Assembly (NCBI GenBank): GCA_963823665.1
Contig: CAWGMQ010000008.1
Span: 1,408,001-1,472,000 of the forward strand
Direction of reading: 5' to 3'
DNA length: 64,000 bases
Origin: an uncultured Planctomycetota bacterium
GTDB taxonomy: Bacteria > Planctomycetota > Planctomycetia > Isosphaerales > Isosphaeraceae
The stretch's first letter is position 1; each line of letters begins with the position of its first letter. This document shows, piece by piece, positions 42,395-54,085 of the stretch. Under the pieces are notes generated by a model. That model was given only the letters and a program-made list of their open reading frames with translations. It was not told the DNA's origin and ran no database searches. Made by a program: the position numbers and the translations under genes.

Positions 42395-42667
42395 GCGCCC
42401 GCTCAGCTCGGAGCCGCCCAACCGGGACGACCGTGCCGCATCCCCCCCTTTGACAGCGTGCTTCGCGTCGGGTACACAAGATAATGTTCGCCGCGACGTC
42501 CCTCCTCTTTCAAGACCCGCCATGAACCGTTGCCCATCCGTCGTGGCCACGAACAACACTGGGCGAATTCTCCCGATGCGGCACACCGGCTCTTCGGGTG
42601 CGCCGATTCCAGGGGCGATTCCCCGCCGAAAATCTCGATCCACTCGGTTTTAGAGGCATGAATTGCG

Positions 42668-45323
42668 ATGACGAGGCGAGCACGATCACGAACGGCATTC
42701 AGGCTGCTGGGTGTGGCCGCTCTGGCGTTAATCACCGCGACTGGAGGTGCAGCCGCCCCGCCCACCGAAGCCAAACCCGAGCTGGTGCTCAAGAAGGGAG
42801 ACCGGATCATCCTGATCGGCAACACCCTCGCCGAGCGCATGCAGTATTTTGGTCATTTTGAGACCTTGCTACACGCCCGCTTTCCCGGGCTCGAGCTCGT
42901 CGTTCACAACCTGGGCTACTCGGCCGACGAGCTCAACCTGCGGCCCCGACAGGCTCACTTCAATGATCATGGCCACACACTCAAGGACGAAAAGCCCGAC
43001 GTCTTGATCGCCGCGTTCGGATTCAACGAGTCGTTCGCAGGGCCGGCCGGCCTGGCGAAATTCAAGAAGGACCTCGAAAACTTCATCAATACGTCGACGT
43101 CGACGAAGTACAACGGCAACGCAGCCCCCCCGGCTCGTGCTCCTCTCGCCGATCGCTCAGGAAGACCTCAAAAACCCGCACATCACCGATGGCAAGCAGA
43201 ACAATGCGAACATCGAGCTCTACAGCCGCGCGATCGAAGATCTTGCCGGCAAACTCGGCGCGGTCTTCGTCGACCTCTTCGGCCCCACCAAGCAGCTTTA
43301 TGGCTCAAGCGACCAGCCGCTCACGATCAACGGCGTGCATCTGAGCGACCTCGGTTACAAACGGCTCGCGCCGATCATGATGGACGCTCTCTTCGGACCG
43401 GCGCCCGAGCCGCCAAAAGCCGATTTGACTGCCCTCTTCGCCGCCGTGCAGGAAAAGAACCTCCAGTTCTTTTACGACTACCGCGCCGTCAACGGCTGCT
43501 ACATCTACGGCGGCCGCAAGGCCCCGTTCGGCGTCGTAAATTTCCCCGCCGAGTTCGCAAAGTTACGCATGATGATCCGGGACCGCGAGCGACGAATATG
43601 GGACGTGGCACAGGGCAAGCCCGTACCCCAGGCAATCGACGACAGCAACACCGGCGACTTCGTCGCCGTAAAGACCAATGTCCGGGCGCCGATCAAGATC
43701 ACCACTCCCTACGAGGAAGCCAAATCGTTCACGCTTCCGGAGGGATACGCGATCAACTTGTTTGCTTCGGAGGTCGAATTCCCCGACCTGGAAGACCCTG
43801 TCTCGATGACCTTTGACTCGAGAGGCCGGCTCTGGGTCACGACCATGCCTTCGTACCCCATGTATCTCCCCGGCAAGAAGCCGAACGACAAGGTTTTGAT
43901 CCTCGAAGACACCAACTCCGACGGAGTGGCCGATCGCTGCAAGGTCTTCGCCGACGAGCTTCACGTTCCAATCGGCATCGAGCTGGGCGACGGCGGCGTC
44001 TATGTCTCGCAAATGCCCAGCTTGATGTTCCTCAAGGATTCCGACGGCGACGATCGCGCTGATTCGCGCGAGCTCGTCATGCACGGGTTCGATACCGCCG
44101 ATTCGCATCATGCGATGCACGCCTTTACGTGGGACCCGGGTGGTGCGCTCCACTGGCAGGAAGGCACCTTCCACTACTCGCAGGTCGAAACGCCCTACGG
44201 CCCCAGGCGGTGCAACGAGGCCGGTATCTTCCGCTGGGAGCCCAGGACGAAGAAGTTCGACGTGTTTGTTTCCTACGGCTTCGCCAACCCGTGGGGGCAT
44301 TACATCGACCGCTGGGGCCAGAACTTCGTGGCCGACGCCTCGGGCGGGGCCAATTACTACGGGACCGCTTTCTCCGGCCAGGTGATCTACCCGCAGAAAC
44401 ACGGCGGCATGAAACAGTTCTTCCCGATGCAGTGGCGGCCCACGTGCGGCTGCGAGCTGGTTTACAACCGGCACTTTCCTGACGACACCCAGGGCGACTA
44501 TCTGCTCAACAACGACATCGGTTTTCAGGGCATCCTGAGGTATCGCGTCAAGGAAGACGGCTCGGGCTTCTCCGGCACGCCGGTCGAGCCGCTGCTCAAG
44601 TCGTCCGATCCAAACTTCCGTCCAGTCGCGCTCCAGTTCGGCCCGGACGGGGCCTTGTACGTCGTCGATTGGTTCAACCCCCTGGTCGGCCACATGCAGC
44701 ACTCCCTGCGCGACCCCAACCGCGACCACACCCGCGGGCGCATCTGGCGCATCACCTATCCCAAGCGACCGTTGCTCGAGCCTGCCAAGGTTGCAGGCGC
44801 CACGGTGCCCGAGCTGCTCGACCTGCTCAAAGTCTACGAAGATCGAGTGCGCTATCGCGCCCGCCGCGAGCTGCGCGAGCGGCCCGAGCAAGAAGTCTTG
44901 AAGTCTCTCGAAACCTGGATCGCCCACCTCGATAGGAGCGACCCCGAATACTGGCGGCAGATGCTCGAGGCACTCTGGCTCCGTCAGAGTCTCGACCAGA
45001 TCGACGAGAAGCTTCTCAAACAGATTCTCACCTGCCCGGAGCCGAAGGCCCGCGCCGCGGCAACCCGCGTCGTCTGCTACTGGCGCGACCGCGTCGCCGA
45101 GCCACTCGAGCTCTTGCGCAAGCAGGTCAACGACGACCACCCTCGCGTCCGGCTCGAAGCCGTTCGCGCCTTGAGCTTCTTCGAGGGGCCCGCGGTCGCC
45201 AAAGCGCAGGAGGTCGCGCTCGAATCGCTCTTGCACCAACAGGACGAATATCTCGAATACACGCTCAACGAAACCACCAAGACACTCGACCGGCGCGCCA
45301 AAGACCAGGGAGCGACCAGGTAA
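42668..45323 (+). CDS. PVC-type membrane-bound dehydrogenase-like protein (SGNH + beta-propeller + HEAT), frameshift at the C7 run 43125-43131
   Basis: Signal peptide, IGNTLAER, FGFNES, NGVHL; LFASE..P..FDSRGRLWV, DTNSDGVAD, FGPDGALYVVDW, RGRIWR, HEAT repeats. Confidence 0.85.
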
Positions 45324-45347
45324 CTCGGGACCAGACGGCGGAGTAGC

Positions 45348-47165
45348 GTGATGTCGTCGCTAAATGGGATCGCAAAGCTCTATCTGGCTGCGGCCCTTTC
45401 CATCGCCCTGATATCGGCAACCAGCGCCCTCGCTCGCCCATCAAGCGAACCCGCCCCGCCCGACGACAGCCCGATGGTGAAGCTGCTCAAGAGCAAGCGC
45501 GTCCCCGAGGATCGCCAGGGCACGGTCGTCGAGCTGATCGGTAAACGAGGAACCGCCGACGATCTCGCATTCATCTACGGGCAGACAATCGCCGCGGACG
45601 GGTTCGCCCCTTCCGTGCGAGTCAAGGCTCTCGAGGCCCTGGCCGCCGCCGCCGCCAATCGCAATCTCAAGCCGCCCGCAGGCCTTGATAAGCTCTTGCC
45701 TCTGGTCCAGCGTGCGACATCAGAATCAGGAGCATCGGTCGGAAGAGCTGCAATACGCTTGGCGGGCATCTGGAAGCTCGAGCCGGCAACGAAGTCACTC
45801 GCCGAGATCGCCCGATCGGAAAGCGTCGACGAATCCCTGAGAGCCGGCGCATTCGACGCCCTCGCAACAATCGGCGGCAAGGCCGGCTCGGCCCCGATCG
45901 AAGCCCTCGCCGGCGAAAACTCACCGCAAGCCACGCGGCTCCTGGCCATCGCCGCCCTCGCCAAGCTCGATCTGAACGGCGCTGCCACGCGCGCTGCGGA
46001 GTTTCTCTCCAGGCCACCCCAGCCCGGCCGCAACCTCGTCCCCCTCTTGCAAGCCTTTCTCGACCGGCAGGGCGGTTCCGAAATGCTGGCGAAGGTAGTC
46101 GGCGGCCGCACCATCCCGCCTGATTCAGCCAAGCTCGCCCTGAGAGCCGTCTACACGCTAGGCCGATCAGACCAGGCGCTCGTGGAAACACTTTCTCGAG
46201 CCGCCGGCATCGCCGAGCTCAGCAAGCCGCTCTCGGCGACCGAGCTCAGCAACATGGTCTCCGAAGTCGCCGCCAATGGAGACCCGGCACGCGGCGAAAA
46301 CGTCTTCCGCCGCTCCGACTTGAACTGCATGAGCTGCCACGCCATTTCCAAGGCCGGCGGGGATGTCGGCCCGGATCTGAACGCCGTCGGCTCGATCTCA
46401 CCGCCGGACTATATCATCAACTCGATATTGAACCCCGACCAGGCCATCAAGGAGCAATACAACACGCTGGTGGTCCTGACCGTCGAGGGGCAGGTTTTCC
46501 AGGGAATCGTCACCGACAAAGACGACCAGCGCGTCGTCCTCAAGGACGCCACGGGAGCAACCCGCGTCGTCCCCGCGGCATCCATCGAAGACCAGAAGAC
46601 CGGCGGGTCGCTCATGCCCAAGGGCCTGGCCAATCTGATGACCCGCGGCGAATTCCTCGACCTCGTCCGCTTCCTCTCCGAGCTCGGCAAGCCCGGACCC
46701 TATGCGATTCGCCCGGTCCCCGCCATCCAGCGCTGGCAGGTCCTCAAAGAAGTCTCGGACGACCTCGCGAAGTCCGTTCCCGAAGCCGGCATGTTTCGCG
46801 ATCAGGTCAAGGGCGCTCCACCCGAAAAGTGGGCCGTGGCCTACGCCAAGGCCGACGGCTCGCTGCCGCTGGACGAGTTGAGATCAAAGAATAGCGGCGA
46901 CGTGCTCTATCTACAGGGCGCGATCGATGTCTCGGCGGCCGGCGCCGTGAAGATCGATGCTGACTCCGCCACTGGGGCCCGGCTCTGGTTTGACGAAACC
47001 GCCGCGACGCCAGGATCAGCTTCGTTGACCTTACCGGTCGCAACAGGCCGGCATTCAATCACCGTCAGAGTGGATACGCACACCCGCCCGTCGCGCACGA
47101 TCCGCATCCAGGTGGCGAAGCCTCCGGGTTCCACGGCCGAGTTCACCGTGGTCGGCGGTCGATGA
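45348..47165 (+). CDS. HEAT-repeat protein with PVC-type heme-binding cytochrome c domain
   Basis: GDPARGENVF, CMSCH (CxxCH), GPDL, SILNP, SLMPKGL. Confidence 0.88.
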   Translation: MMSSLNGIAKLYLAAALSIALISATSALARPSSEPAPPDDSPMVKLLKSKRVPEDRQGTVVELIGKRGTADDLAFIYGQTIAADGFAPSVRVKALEALAAAAANRNLKPPAGLDKLLPLVQRATSESGASVGRAAIRLAGIWKLEPATKSLAEIARSESVDESLRAGAFDALATIGGKAGSAPIEALAGENSPQATRLLAIAALAKLDLNGAATRAAEFLSRPPQPGRNLVPLLQAFLDRQGGSEMLAKVVGGRTIPPDSAKLALRAVYTLGRSDQALVETLSRAAGIAELSKPLSATELSNMVSEVAANGDPARGENVFRRSDLNCMSCHAISKAGGDVGPDLNAVGSISPPDYIINSILNPDQAIKEQYNTLVVLTVEGQVFQGIVTDKDDQRVVLKDATGATRVVPAASIEDQKTGGSLMPKGLANLMTRGEFLDLVRFLSELGKPGPYAIRPVPAIQRWQVLKEVSDDLAKSVPEAGMFRDQVKGAPPEKWAVAYAKADGSLPLDELRSKNSGDVLYLQGAIDVSAAGAVKIDADSATGARLWFDETAATPGSASLTLPVATGRHSITVRVDTHTRPSRTIRIQVAKPPGSTAEFTVVGGR

Positions 47166-47464
47166 AAGCCCGTCGCCGGCTTGAACCGGTCGGCGAAGAG
47201 CCACCGCTCGCTCAGGAACAGGCCGGAATTAACCTCTCGATTTCGGTATTCACCCCACCACCAACGAAACCCCTCGTTCCGACGCTCCGCGTCGGAACGG
47301 TGTTTGTGCCGCTCCGCGGCGCGCTCGACGTAAGTCGGCGGAAATGGTTTCCGGCCCGTTCCTTGCGCGTCAAGAGAGCACACGTGCGCCGAAGCGAACA
47401 GGTCCGGACGAATCCGGACCAGATCGCTGCTGAATGCACGACCGACTTCATCTCTGCCGAAACG

Positions 47465-49822
47465 TCACTCACTCTTTTTCTCGCCATCTTTGGGCTTGCG
47501 AATCTCTCCCTCCCCAAAGAAGGTCTTGAGCTGAGTTTCGCTGTTGATGAGGGCAAAGTTCTCGAACGTTGCCGAGTACGGTTTGTCCGAGATATTGCTG
47601 GCACACAAGCCGATCTTGAGCTTCGAATTGAAGCCGACCTCGACTTCTTGCAGCGGCAGGGGCGGCGAAGTCAGGTCTTGACTGAACCCAGCCTGCACGC
47701 GATCCTTTCGTCGCCTCAGAACGAGATAGACCGTTCCCTCGGGCACGGGCGGATACACCTGGTTCTCCACGTGTTTTCCGTCCTTCACAACCTCGAAGAG
47801 CACCTTGTGAATCGGGTGCAAGTCGTCAAGGGAAACGCCCGCCGTGCGCTCGACCCTGACGAAGTTGTTTATGTCCTGATAGAGAATCAGGCCCGCTCCC
47901 TGGAACGTGAATTGCAGGTCGTTGCCCACGCGATCCTTGGGCAGCTTTGCGCCCGGAGCCATCTCGCCGGTGACCTCGACCATGGCGGCGAAGTCGCCTT
48001 CCACGTCAATCAGGGTCATCGGGGCGTTGTGCAGCGGCTTCTTCTTGTTGGCCCGCTGGCGGATCAAAGGCGCCAGCGTACGAATCTTGCCGCCAGGAAC
48101 GGTAATCTTGATCTTCAGGTCATCTTCATCCTTGACCAGCTTGCAGTCGTTTTCGGGATCGATCAGCGGACCGAGCATCGTGATGCTCGCGCGCTCGAGT
48201 TCCTTCAGCATTTGCATGACTTCGCGCAAGTCGTGGATCGGGCCGGGCTTCTTGGGCAGTTCGATCTCCTTGGGCTTGGCATAGACCAGCTTGCCCTGAA
48301 GATCGCGGTGCGCCATCTGAATGACGATCTTTCGCGCCGCGTCTCCTGTGCCACTGAGCGCAACCTGCACATTCCCGGCCGCCATCGCGAACTTGGGATC
48401 GCGCTGGAGCTGGACGGCCGTGGTATTGGGCAACGGCGGCCATGTCCCGTCGCCATTGGGGCTGACCGACCCGGCCGAAGCCGGCGCGACGTGAATCAGA
48501 ACATCCTTCACCTTGGCCTTGGGATCGACGATCTGCGCCTTGATCTGGAGGCTCGCGCTGCTCGCCTGGATGTCCTTTAGCTCCATCATCAGACCACCGA
48601 CGCGGCCCGCGAGTGCCCCGCGAAGCTCGTCCGCCGGTACAACGAAGCCAATCGTATCGACCGACCCCATCTTGGCCACCACAACGCCGACGAATTTCCC
48701 GGTCTTTTCCTCGACAACCGGACCGCCGCTATTGCCCGGTTGCATTGAGCCGTCAACCTGATACAGGTCCAGCAGCCCGAAATCGTCTTTCACGAGCCGG
48801 GAAATCCGTCCACCGGTGATCGTCACTCCCGGATTGCCTTTGCTTTCATTCACTTTGGACAAAATCCCGCCGAACGGGAAACCCGCAGCGGTGTAAGCCA
48901 TTCCTTCGGTCGCGTCGGACTTCTTGAGCACGTCGAGCGGCTTGGGCGGCCTCTTGACATCATTGACGACGAGGAAAGCCAGGTCCTTGCTGATATTGCC
49001 CGAGCTGTCTGCTGCAATGATCTGGGCCGGGTGAGATTCTTCCTGATTCGGGCCCTGCGCACTCCGGAACACAGCCTCGATCTCGATCGTGGCCCCTTTG
49101 GGTACCAGCCGCGCTGGCAACTCGGAGAGGTCCGTGTCCACGACATGCCGGTTGGTCGCCACGACCACTTGGCTTCCCCGCACATCGATCACAAACCCAC
49201 TACCAGATGCGAAAGTCTTGCCCGCGATCTTGTTCTTCAAGTAGACGGTCGCATCCTTCAAACGCCGGGCGACCTCAATGCTATCGAGCACCGGACTCGG
49301 CGCCACAGCATCAGGGGTCTCTGCAACGGCGACCGTGCGCGTGATGACCGGCGCTGCCGGCTCGGGTGCCGGAATGTTTGCCACCGCCTGGCCTTGAGCG
49401 GGCGGGTTCGCCGGGCCGTTTCCGCGCATGAGGACAACAACCAGAATTCCGAGCAGCAGCACCGCGACACCGCCAATTCCACCCACGACGAAGATCATCG
49501 GCGACTGGCCCGATCCTTGAGCGGGCTGTCCCCTGGTTGGCTGCGCGGCCGCAATCGAGCGACGCGAGCCCGTGCTCCCGACAGGCGGAAGCTGCTCGAC
49601 CTCCTCGAGGTCCGCGTAAGCGGATGAGCGGGGCTTGGCGGCCGCCGGCCGCGGACCGGCCGACGACCCTGGTTTCTTCATCGCGGCGGACGAAGTCCCG
49701 CCCGACGCACCCTTCACGTCGAACATCTCGCCGCACTTCGGGCAGCGAATCCGCGCTGCCTTCGACTCGTCAGGAATCGAGCCCTTCGACTGGCATGAAG
49801 GGCAGATCACAACCTTGGCCAC
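47465..49822 (-). CDS. Zinc-ribbon + TM + trypsin-like (S1) serine protease + C-terminal ConA/DUF1349-like domain
   Basis: GGAGG RBS and GTG start; CPSC..CPKC; TM segment; ATNRHVV, DLAFL, GNSGGP; FQGAGL..NNFVRVER. Confidence 0.85.
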   Translation of the reverse strand: MAKVVICPSCQSKGSIPDESKAARIRCPKCGEMFDVKGASGGTSSAAMKKPGSSAGPRPAAAKPRSSAYADLEEVEQLPPVGSTGSRRSIAAAQPTRGQPAQGSGQSPMIFVVGGIGGVAVLLLGILVVVLMRGNGPANPPAQGQAVANIPAPEPAAPVITRTVAVAETPDAVAPSPVLDSIEVARRLKDATVYLKNKIAGKTFASGSGFVIDVRGSQVVVATNRHVVDTDLSELPARLVPKGATIEIEAVFRSAQGPNQEESHPAQIIAADSSGNISKDLAFLVVNDVKRPPKPLDVLKKSDATEGMAYTAAGFPFGGILSKVNESKGNPGVTITGGRISRLVKDDFGLLDLYQVDGSMQPGNSGGPVVEEKTGKFVGVVVAKMGSVDTIGFVVPADELRGALAGRVGGLMMELKDIQASSASLQIKAQIVDPKAKVKDVLIHVAPASAGSVSPNGDGTWPPLPNTTAVQLQRDPKFAMAAGNVQVALSGTGDAARKIVIQMAHRDLQGKLVYAKPKEIELPKKPGPIHDLREVMQMLKELERASITMLGPLIDPENDCKLVKDEDDLKIKITVPGGKIRTLAPLIRQRANKKKPLHNAPMTLIDVEGDFAAMVEVTGEMAPGAKLPKDRVGNDLQFTFQGAGLILYQDINNFVRVERTAGVSLDDLHPIHKVLFEVVKDGKHVENQVYPPVPEGTVYLVLRRRKDRVQAGFSQDLTSPPLPLQEVEVGFNSKLKIGLCASNISDKPYSATFENFALINSETQLKTFFGEGEIRKPKDGEKKSE

Positions 49823-50138
49823 GGTGCGCCCTCCTGTTGATGACTGATAAGATGATGTGTACTCTGCCGTCGAGACGCGAACGAGCGCGATCCGGCTCAA
49901 AGAACTGCTAGGCGCGGATCGCGCGTAACGTGCACTTTGCCATTTCAACCAGTTCCGCCCAAGGCTGCAACGATGTTCTGCCGGAAGTCTCAAAACACCC
50001 CTGATCGATTCCGGCCACTCAACCGACTTCTGGCCGTCACAGAAGCTTCGCGCAGCCCAGGTTTCCGGGCAGGGCGTAGCTTCCGCCGATCCGGCCAAGA
50101 TATCCTGAAGCCAGTCGAGCCTTGAGGAGCGCGTGCAC

Positions 50139-51416
50139 ATGGGCGTCACCATTCACTATCGCGGCCAAATGGCCGATCTCGCTCGCATCGAAGATTTCGA
50201 AGACCGCTTGATCGACTTCGCACTCGAGTTCGGCGGCCAGGCCCAGATCTGGCGAACCTGGGCCGACGACAACCCCGAGCGGTTAGTCCGCGGTGTGATC
50301 CTTGAGCTCGCACCGGGCCAGGAGTCGACCAGTCTGCTCATCTCCCCCGAGGGCTGGCTGATCGGATTGCTCGAAATTCAAGATGCCGAAGAAGGGCGGC
50401 TCGCCGGAGCCCCCCTGGGTCTCCACCAAGACCCAGTTCGGCCCCCTCGAAGGCCATGTGGCGCTCGTCGAGATGTTCGCCGCGCTCAAGCGCGAGTTCC
50501 TGCCCGATCTCGAAGTCTCGGACGAGGGAGGCTACTGGGAAACGCGCGACCTGGCCGAGCTGATCCGCAGACGAACGTTCATCGACGGAGCAATCGACGC
50601 CTTGGCCAAAGGGCTCAAGCAATTCGGACTCAGCGCCGAAGCGGCCGAGGATCCGGAAATCCTGGCACGACACGTCGAGCGGGTCGCGGCACACGTTCAT
50701 CGCAGCCTCGGCCGCCCGGCCGAACACCCCCCGGTGGAGTTCGACGACGAAGACTCGGCGGACGCGGATGCGACAGAGAAGCAATGGGACGAGCTCTACA
50801 AGCACAATCGCCGCCAGCAGGAACGACTGCGCGCGCCATCGAAGAGCTCACGAGCCGTGGCCTCGACTACAAAACAGCGTTCGAACAGGCCATGCGCGAG
50901 ATCGTACCCGAGCTCCCCGAAGACGACCGCGAGCCTGCCGAGGCGCAGTGGCTCGACGACGACCAGGATTCGTTTGAATCACTCGAAGACGACATCGCAG
51001 GGCAGGGCACCGGCTTCGACGAATCCGACGACGATCTGCCGGCCGAACGCCATCCACTCTTACAAAAGGCGACGGACTTCTACGTCGGTCTCGATAAGCT
51101 CCTCCCCGAAGACGACCCGCCACTTGCTCCTCTGGTGCGAACACTTTACCAAGGTGCCGGAGAAATGGTGGGCGGCCTGGCTCAGGCCCTGTCCAGAGCC
51201 GAAGCAGGCGCCGTCGACCCCGGCCTCCGCCTCGTTCAGCTCAAGCGCGCCCTGCGCGGCGTCGCATTCGCCCGCGGCGCCGTGTTCCCGCTCCGATCGA
51301 CCTTGGGAAAAGAAGAGTCTGACAAGCTCTTCGCCACGCTCGAGAAAATGACTTCAGAGATCGTCTCCGAAATCGGCAAGCTTCGATCCCAGCTCGCAGG
51401 CGATGATTCCACGTAA
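50139..51416 (+). CDS. Conserved hypothetical protein, two frameshifts (about 50410 and 50835)
   Basis: MGVTIHYRG start; middle frame STKTQFGP..H..VSDEGGYWETRD; acidic linker and helical C-terminus. Confidence 0.65.
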   Translation: MGVTIHYRGQMADLARIEDFEDRLIDFALEFGGQAQIWRTWADDNPERLVRGVILELAPGQESTSLLISPEGWLIGLLEIQDAEEGRLAGAPLGLHQDPVRPPRRPCGARRDVRRAQARVPARSRSLGRGRLLGNARPGRADPQTNVHRRSNRRLGQRAQAIRTQRRSGRGSGNPGTTRRAGRGTRSSQPRPPGRTPPGGVRRRRLGGRGCDREAMGRALQAQSPPAGTTARAIEELTSRGLDYKTAFEQAMREIVPELPEDDREPAEAQWLDDDQDSFESLEDDIAGQGTGFDESDDDLPAERHPLLQKATDFYVGLDKLLPEDDPPLAPLVRTLYQGAGEMVGGLAQALSRAEAGAVDPGLRLVQLKRALRGVAFARGAVFPLRSTLGKEESDKLFATLEKMTSEIVSEIGKLRSQLAGDDST

Positions 51417-51470
51417 GAGGCACCTCCGCGTGCCGACCCTCATTTTTGCCAACCCTGATTCGGCAGCCGC

Positions 51471-51647
51471 CCCCCATGCAACACCGTTGCGCCCCCCCGA
51501 AAACGCCGTCATGGCCGTCAGCGCCTTACAGGGCTTGGAGTTACGTCTGACGGCACGCCTTTGGCCCTGACCGCTGTTTTGAAGTATCGTCTTGCGCTTA
51601 ATAGACTTACGCCTGACGGCGTTTTTGTCTAATCCCCCGTTTTTCGG
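51471..51647 (-). repeat. Iteron/origin-like array of GCCGTCA x2 and TGACGGC x2
   Basis: Directly downstream of the helicase-like gene; homologous to 7350-7523. Confidence 0.6.
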
Positions 51648-53107
51648 ATGGTGATCCGCCGGTTCTTGTAATCTCTCTCGAACAAGATGAACATTCCCCG
51701 GCTGCGAAGTGCCGGCGCGATGCGCCGCAGCTCGTTCGTCAAACCCGATGGTGTTTTGGGCCAACGGGCGAGCGAGCCCCGCTTCTTACCCACCATTTCG
51801 TTGAGTTCTTCGAGCAACTGAGTCGCCGTTCCCCGCCACTTGATCCCATAGCGTGCTCCTTCGAGTAGGGCAGTCGCCACGCTCGACTCTTCAATCTGCG
51901 TCGCCGTCGCTTCCTTTCGATTCCCTTTGTAGGCGGAAAGCATGGTCCCCGGTTTCCAGCCCAGCGCCCGTCCGACTGCTTCGCCGAACGCCGCAAAGTC
52001 AGCCATGCGCGGCAGCTTCGGAACATTCACCGAAGGCAACTCGCGCAGTCCACCGGCGACCGCGTCAAAGAGTGCTCCAAGAATCCGCGGCTGGTCACTC
52101 AGGAACGCGGCCCAGAACTGATCCTCGCGCCGACGATTGACCGCCCGGATCGGCGCCAGCCGCAGAACAACCGTACGGTCGCTCAAATCGCCACGCCGAA
52201 CAAACTCTTCGATTCCGTTCAAGATCACCGGTCGCTGCGCATGCACACACGTCCGCTGGGTATTTGAAAACAGCGCCCGGCCCGCGAAGCCTCCTCCCGT
52301 CGCCAGCAGGCAAAGCCCATCCGAGAGCCACGAGGAAATCACACCGATGTTGTCGTACGCAAGCAGCCAGCCGTTCACCGCGGTGACCATCATGTCGCGA
52401 GTGCTGCGAGGCTCGGAGAGCAGAGGCGCCGATTGCGGGTCGATCAAGAGCCGCACGATTTTGGCCAGCGTGCTCTTCGCCGAGCCCTGTTCACCGTAAA
52501 GCGCCAGGATCGGGTACGGCCCCGCTGGCCGCAATGCCGCCGCCATCCAGACGACCAGCAGCCGAAAATCGCGATCGCACAGGTTGACATACGGCCGAAG
52601 CAATTCGATCGACCCTCCGCGAACAGGCAACGGCAGCGGCAACTGCCCTCCCGGCCTCTCGAACTGCACGCCGGGCCTTCCGACAACGCTCCATCCGCCG
52701 GCCCCAATCTCGACCGCCTGCCCGCTCGAGTCGCCGAGGTCAACGTAATAAACCGGATCGCCGTTCCCTCCGCCGCCACCAGAGCCGACACGCACGAAAA
52801 TGGACGGCGTGCCCCCATCAAACCGTGCAAACGCCTCGAGCGCCCCGAGCACGCGCCGCACGGCGTCGTTCGAAGGCAGCTTCTGGCATTCGCGGAAATA
52901 ACCCCCGATAAGCCAGTCGCGAAACGCGCCCGACCTGAGCTCATAAACCTCACTCCGGTTGTCGACAGGAACCCGCGCAAACAACCGCCCATCCGTCGAC
53001 CGGAAAAACTGCGCACGCTCCGCCAGCCGCATGAGTCTCTCGACCGGCTCTTCAACGACGAGAGTCGTCGTCGCGATGTCCTCGGTATGTGCAGTGTCGA
53101 CCGTCAT
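51629..53107 (-). CDS. Phage/satellite-type primase-helicase-like P-loop ATPase (no primase domain recognised)
   Basis: Walker A GEQGSAKS, AYDN, SDGLC..ATGGG, RALFSN, RPVILNGI, DLSDR, LPRMADF, WPKTP..LRRIAPALR. Confidence 0.75.
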   Translation of the reverse strand: MTVDTAHTEDIATTTLVVEEPVERLMRLAERAQFFRSTDGRLFARVPVDNRSEVYELRSGAFRDWLIGGYFRECQKLPSNDAVRRVLGALEAFARFDGGTPSIFVRVGSGGGGGNGDPVYYVDLGDSSGQAVEIGAGGWSVVGRPGVQFERPGGQLPLPLPVRGGSIELLRPYVNLCDRDFRLLVVWMAAALRPAGPYPILALYGEQGSAKSTLAKIVRLLIDPQSAPLLSEPRSTRDMMVTAVNGWLLAYDNIGVISSWLSDGLCLLATGGGFAGRALFSNTQRTCVHAQRPVILNGIEEFVRRGDLSDRTVVLRLAPIRAVNRRREDQFWAAFLSDQPRILGALFDAVAGGLRELPSVNVPKLPRMADFAAFGEAVGRALGWKPGTMLSAYKGNRKEATATQIEESSVATALLEGARYGIKWRGTATQLLEELNEMVGKKRGSLARWPKTPSGLTNELRRIAPALRSRGMFILFERDYKNRRITIRKTGD

Positions 53108-54027
53108 CGTAACTTCCGTCTCCCAATCTGCTCTGACGGCCTTGCGCCAGAAGGCGAGCTCCGCCACGCCCCTCGCCGCGCAATTCCCGCCGGCCACCGC
53201 CCATCCTCGTCATCTCCGGCAGACCCGCTACAAGTCCCAAGTAGGGCTTCACTCCCAATCATCGGCCGCTCAGCCCTCCGAGATTCGTTTTAAGGCGTAT
53301 ATAAGCCTTTTTAACGTTCAAACTGCCCACCCCGATCGACCACTTCGTTTTGTATATTCGCCGCGCGTTCTTACGCCACAAGGATTAAGGGAACACATTT
53401 GCTCGGTCGAGATGGCGAGCGACGGTCCGAATTCGAAGCCAAAACCTCGCCTGTGACCACGTCCCGTTTGGTCCAAAATCGCCACGGAGTGTCTCACGCC
53501 AGGATTCCAGTTGGCTGCCCTCCGCAAGTGCCCATGCGAAAAGGGTTTTGGCGGATCCCTCAACCCTTTGCCCTTGATAAGAAATGATAATCCATGATTA
53601 AAGAACGGAGAATCGCGCCCTCCTCCTCGTTCAGAGTTCGGCGGGAAAACCCTGCGCTCACCGGATGACATGGTAAACCTGCGTGACGCTGCGCAGACGT
53701 CCCGCCGAGCGGTAAAACCTGCCTGGAGTTCGAAGCGAATCTCAGCCTCTTTGCCGCCGGATCGTCGACACCGAATTCCGCCGATAAGGCCCGCTTTTGA
53801 TCCGCCCACGCAGTCCCTCGAATCGGCCCGGTCTTGGGTTCGTTCGCGCATTTCAGCCACGTTGTCAAGTCACCTTTCGTGGGTGTTTTCGTGATCTAAC
53901 CTTCACTCTAATTCCTGGTTACGCATTTCCGACCACCTGAGCTGCGTTGGGTTCGTTCGTCACATTCTGCGGCTCACAGGATTGGCGTTTCTGGAGCAGC
54001 CAGACCTGGGGTGCCCGAGTGATTTTG

Positions 54028-54085
54028 CTCCCGGGAGGGCGAAGCTCCTGCTGAGCCTCCCGGGAGGGCGAAGCTCCTGCTGAGC
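54028..54085 (+). repeat. Exact 29-bp tandem duplication of a REP-like unit
   Basis: ctcccgggagggcgaagctcctgctgagc x2. Confidence 0.9.

Noticed and set aside
9927..51416. Programmed frameshifting or mass pseudogenisation
   Set aside because: Indels are scattered over unrelated and housekeeping genes, several at short homopolymers, with no accompanying nonsense decay. Assembly error is more parsimonious.
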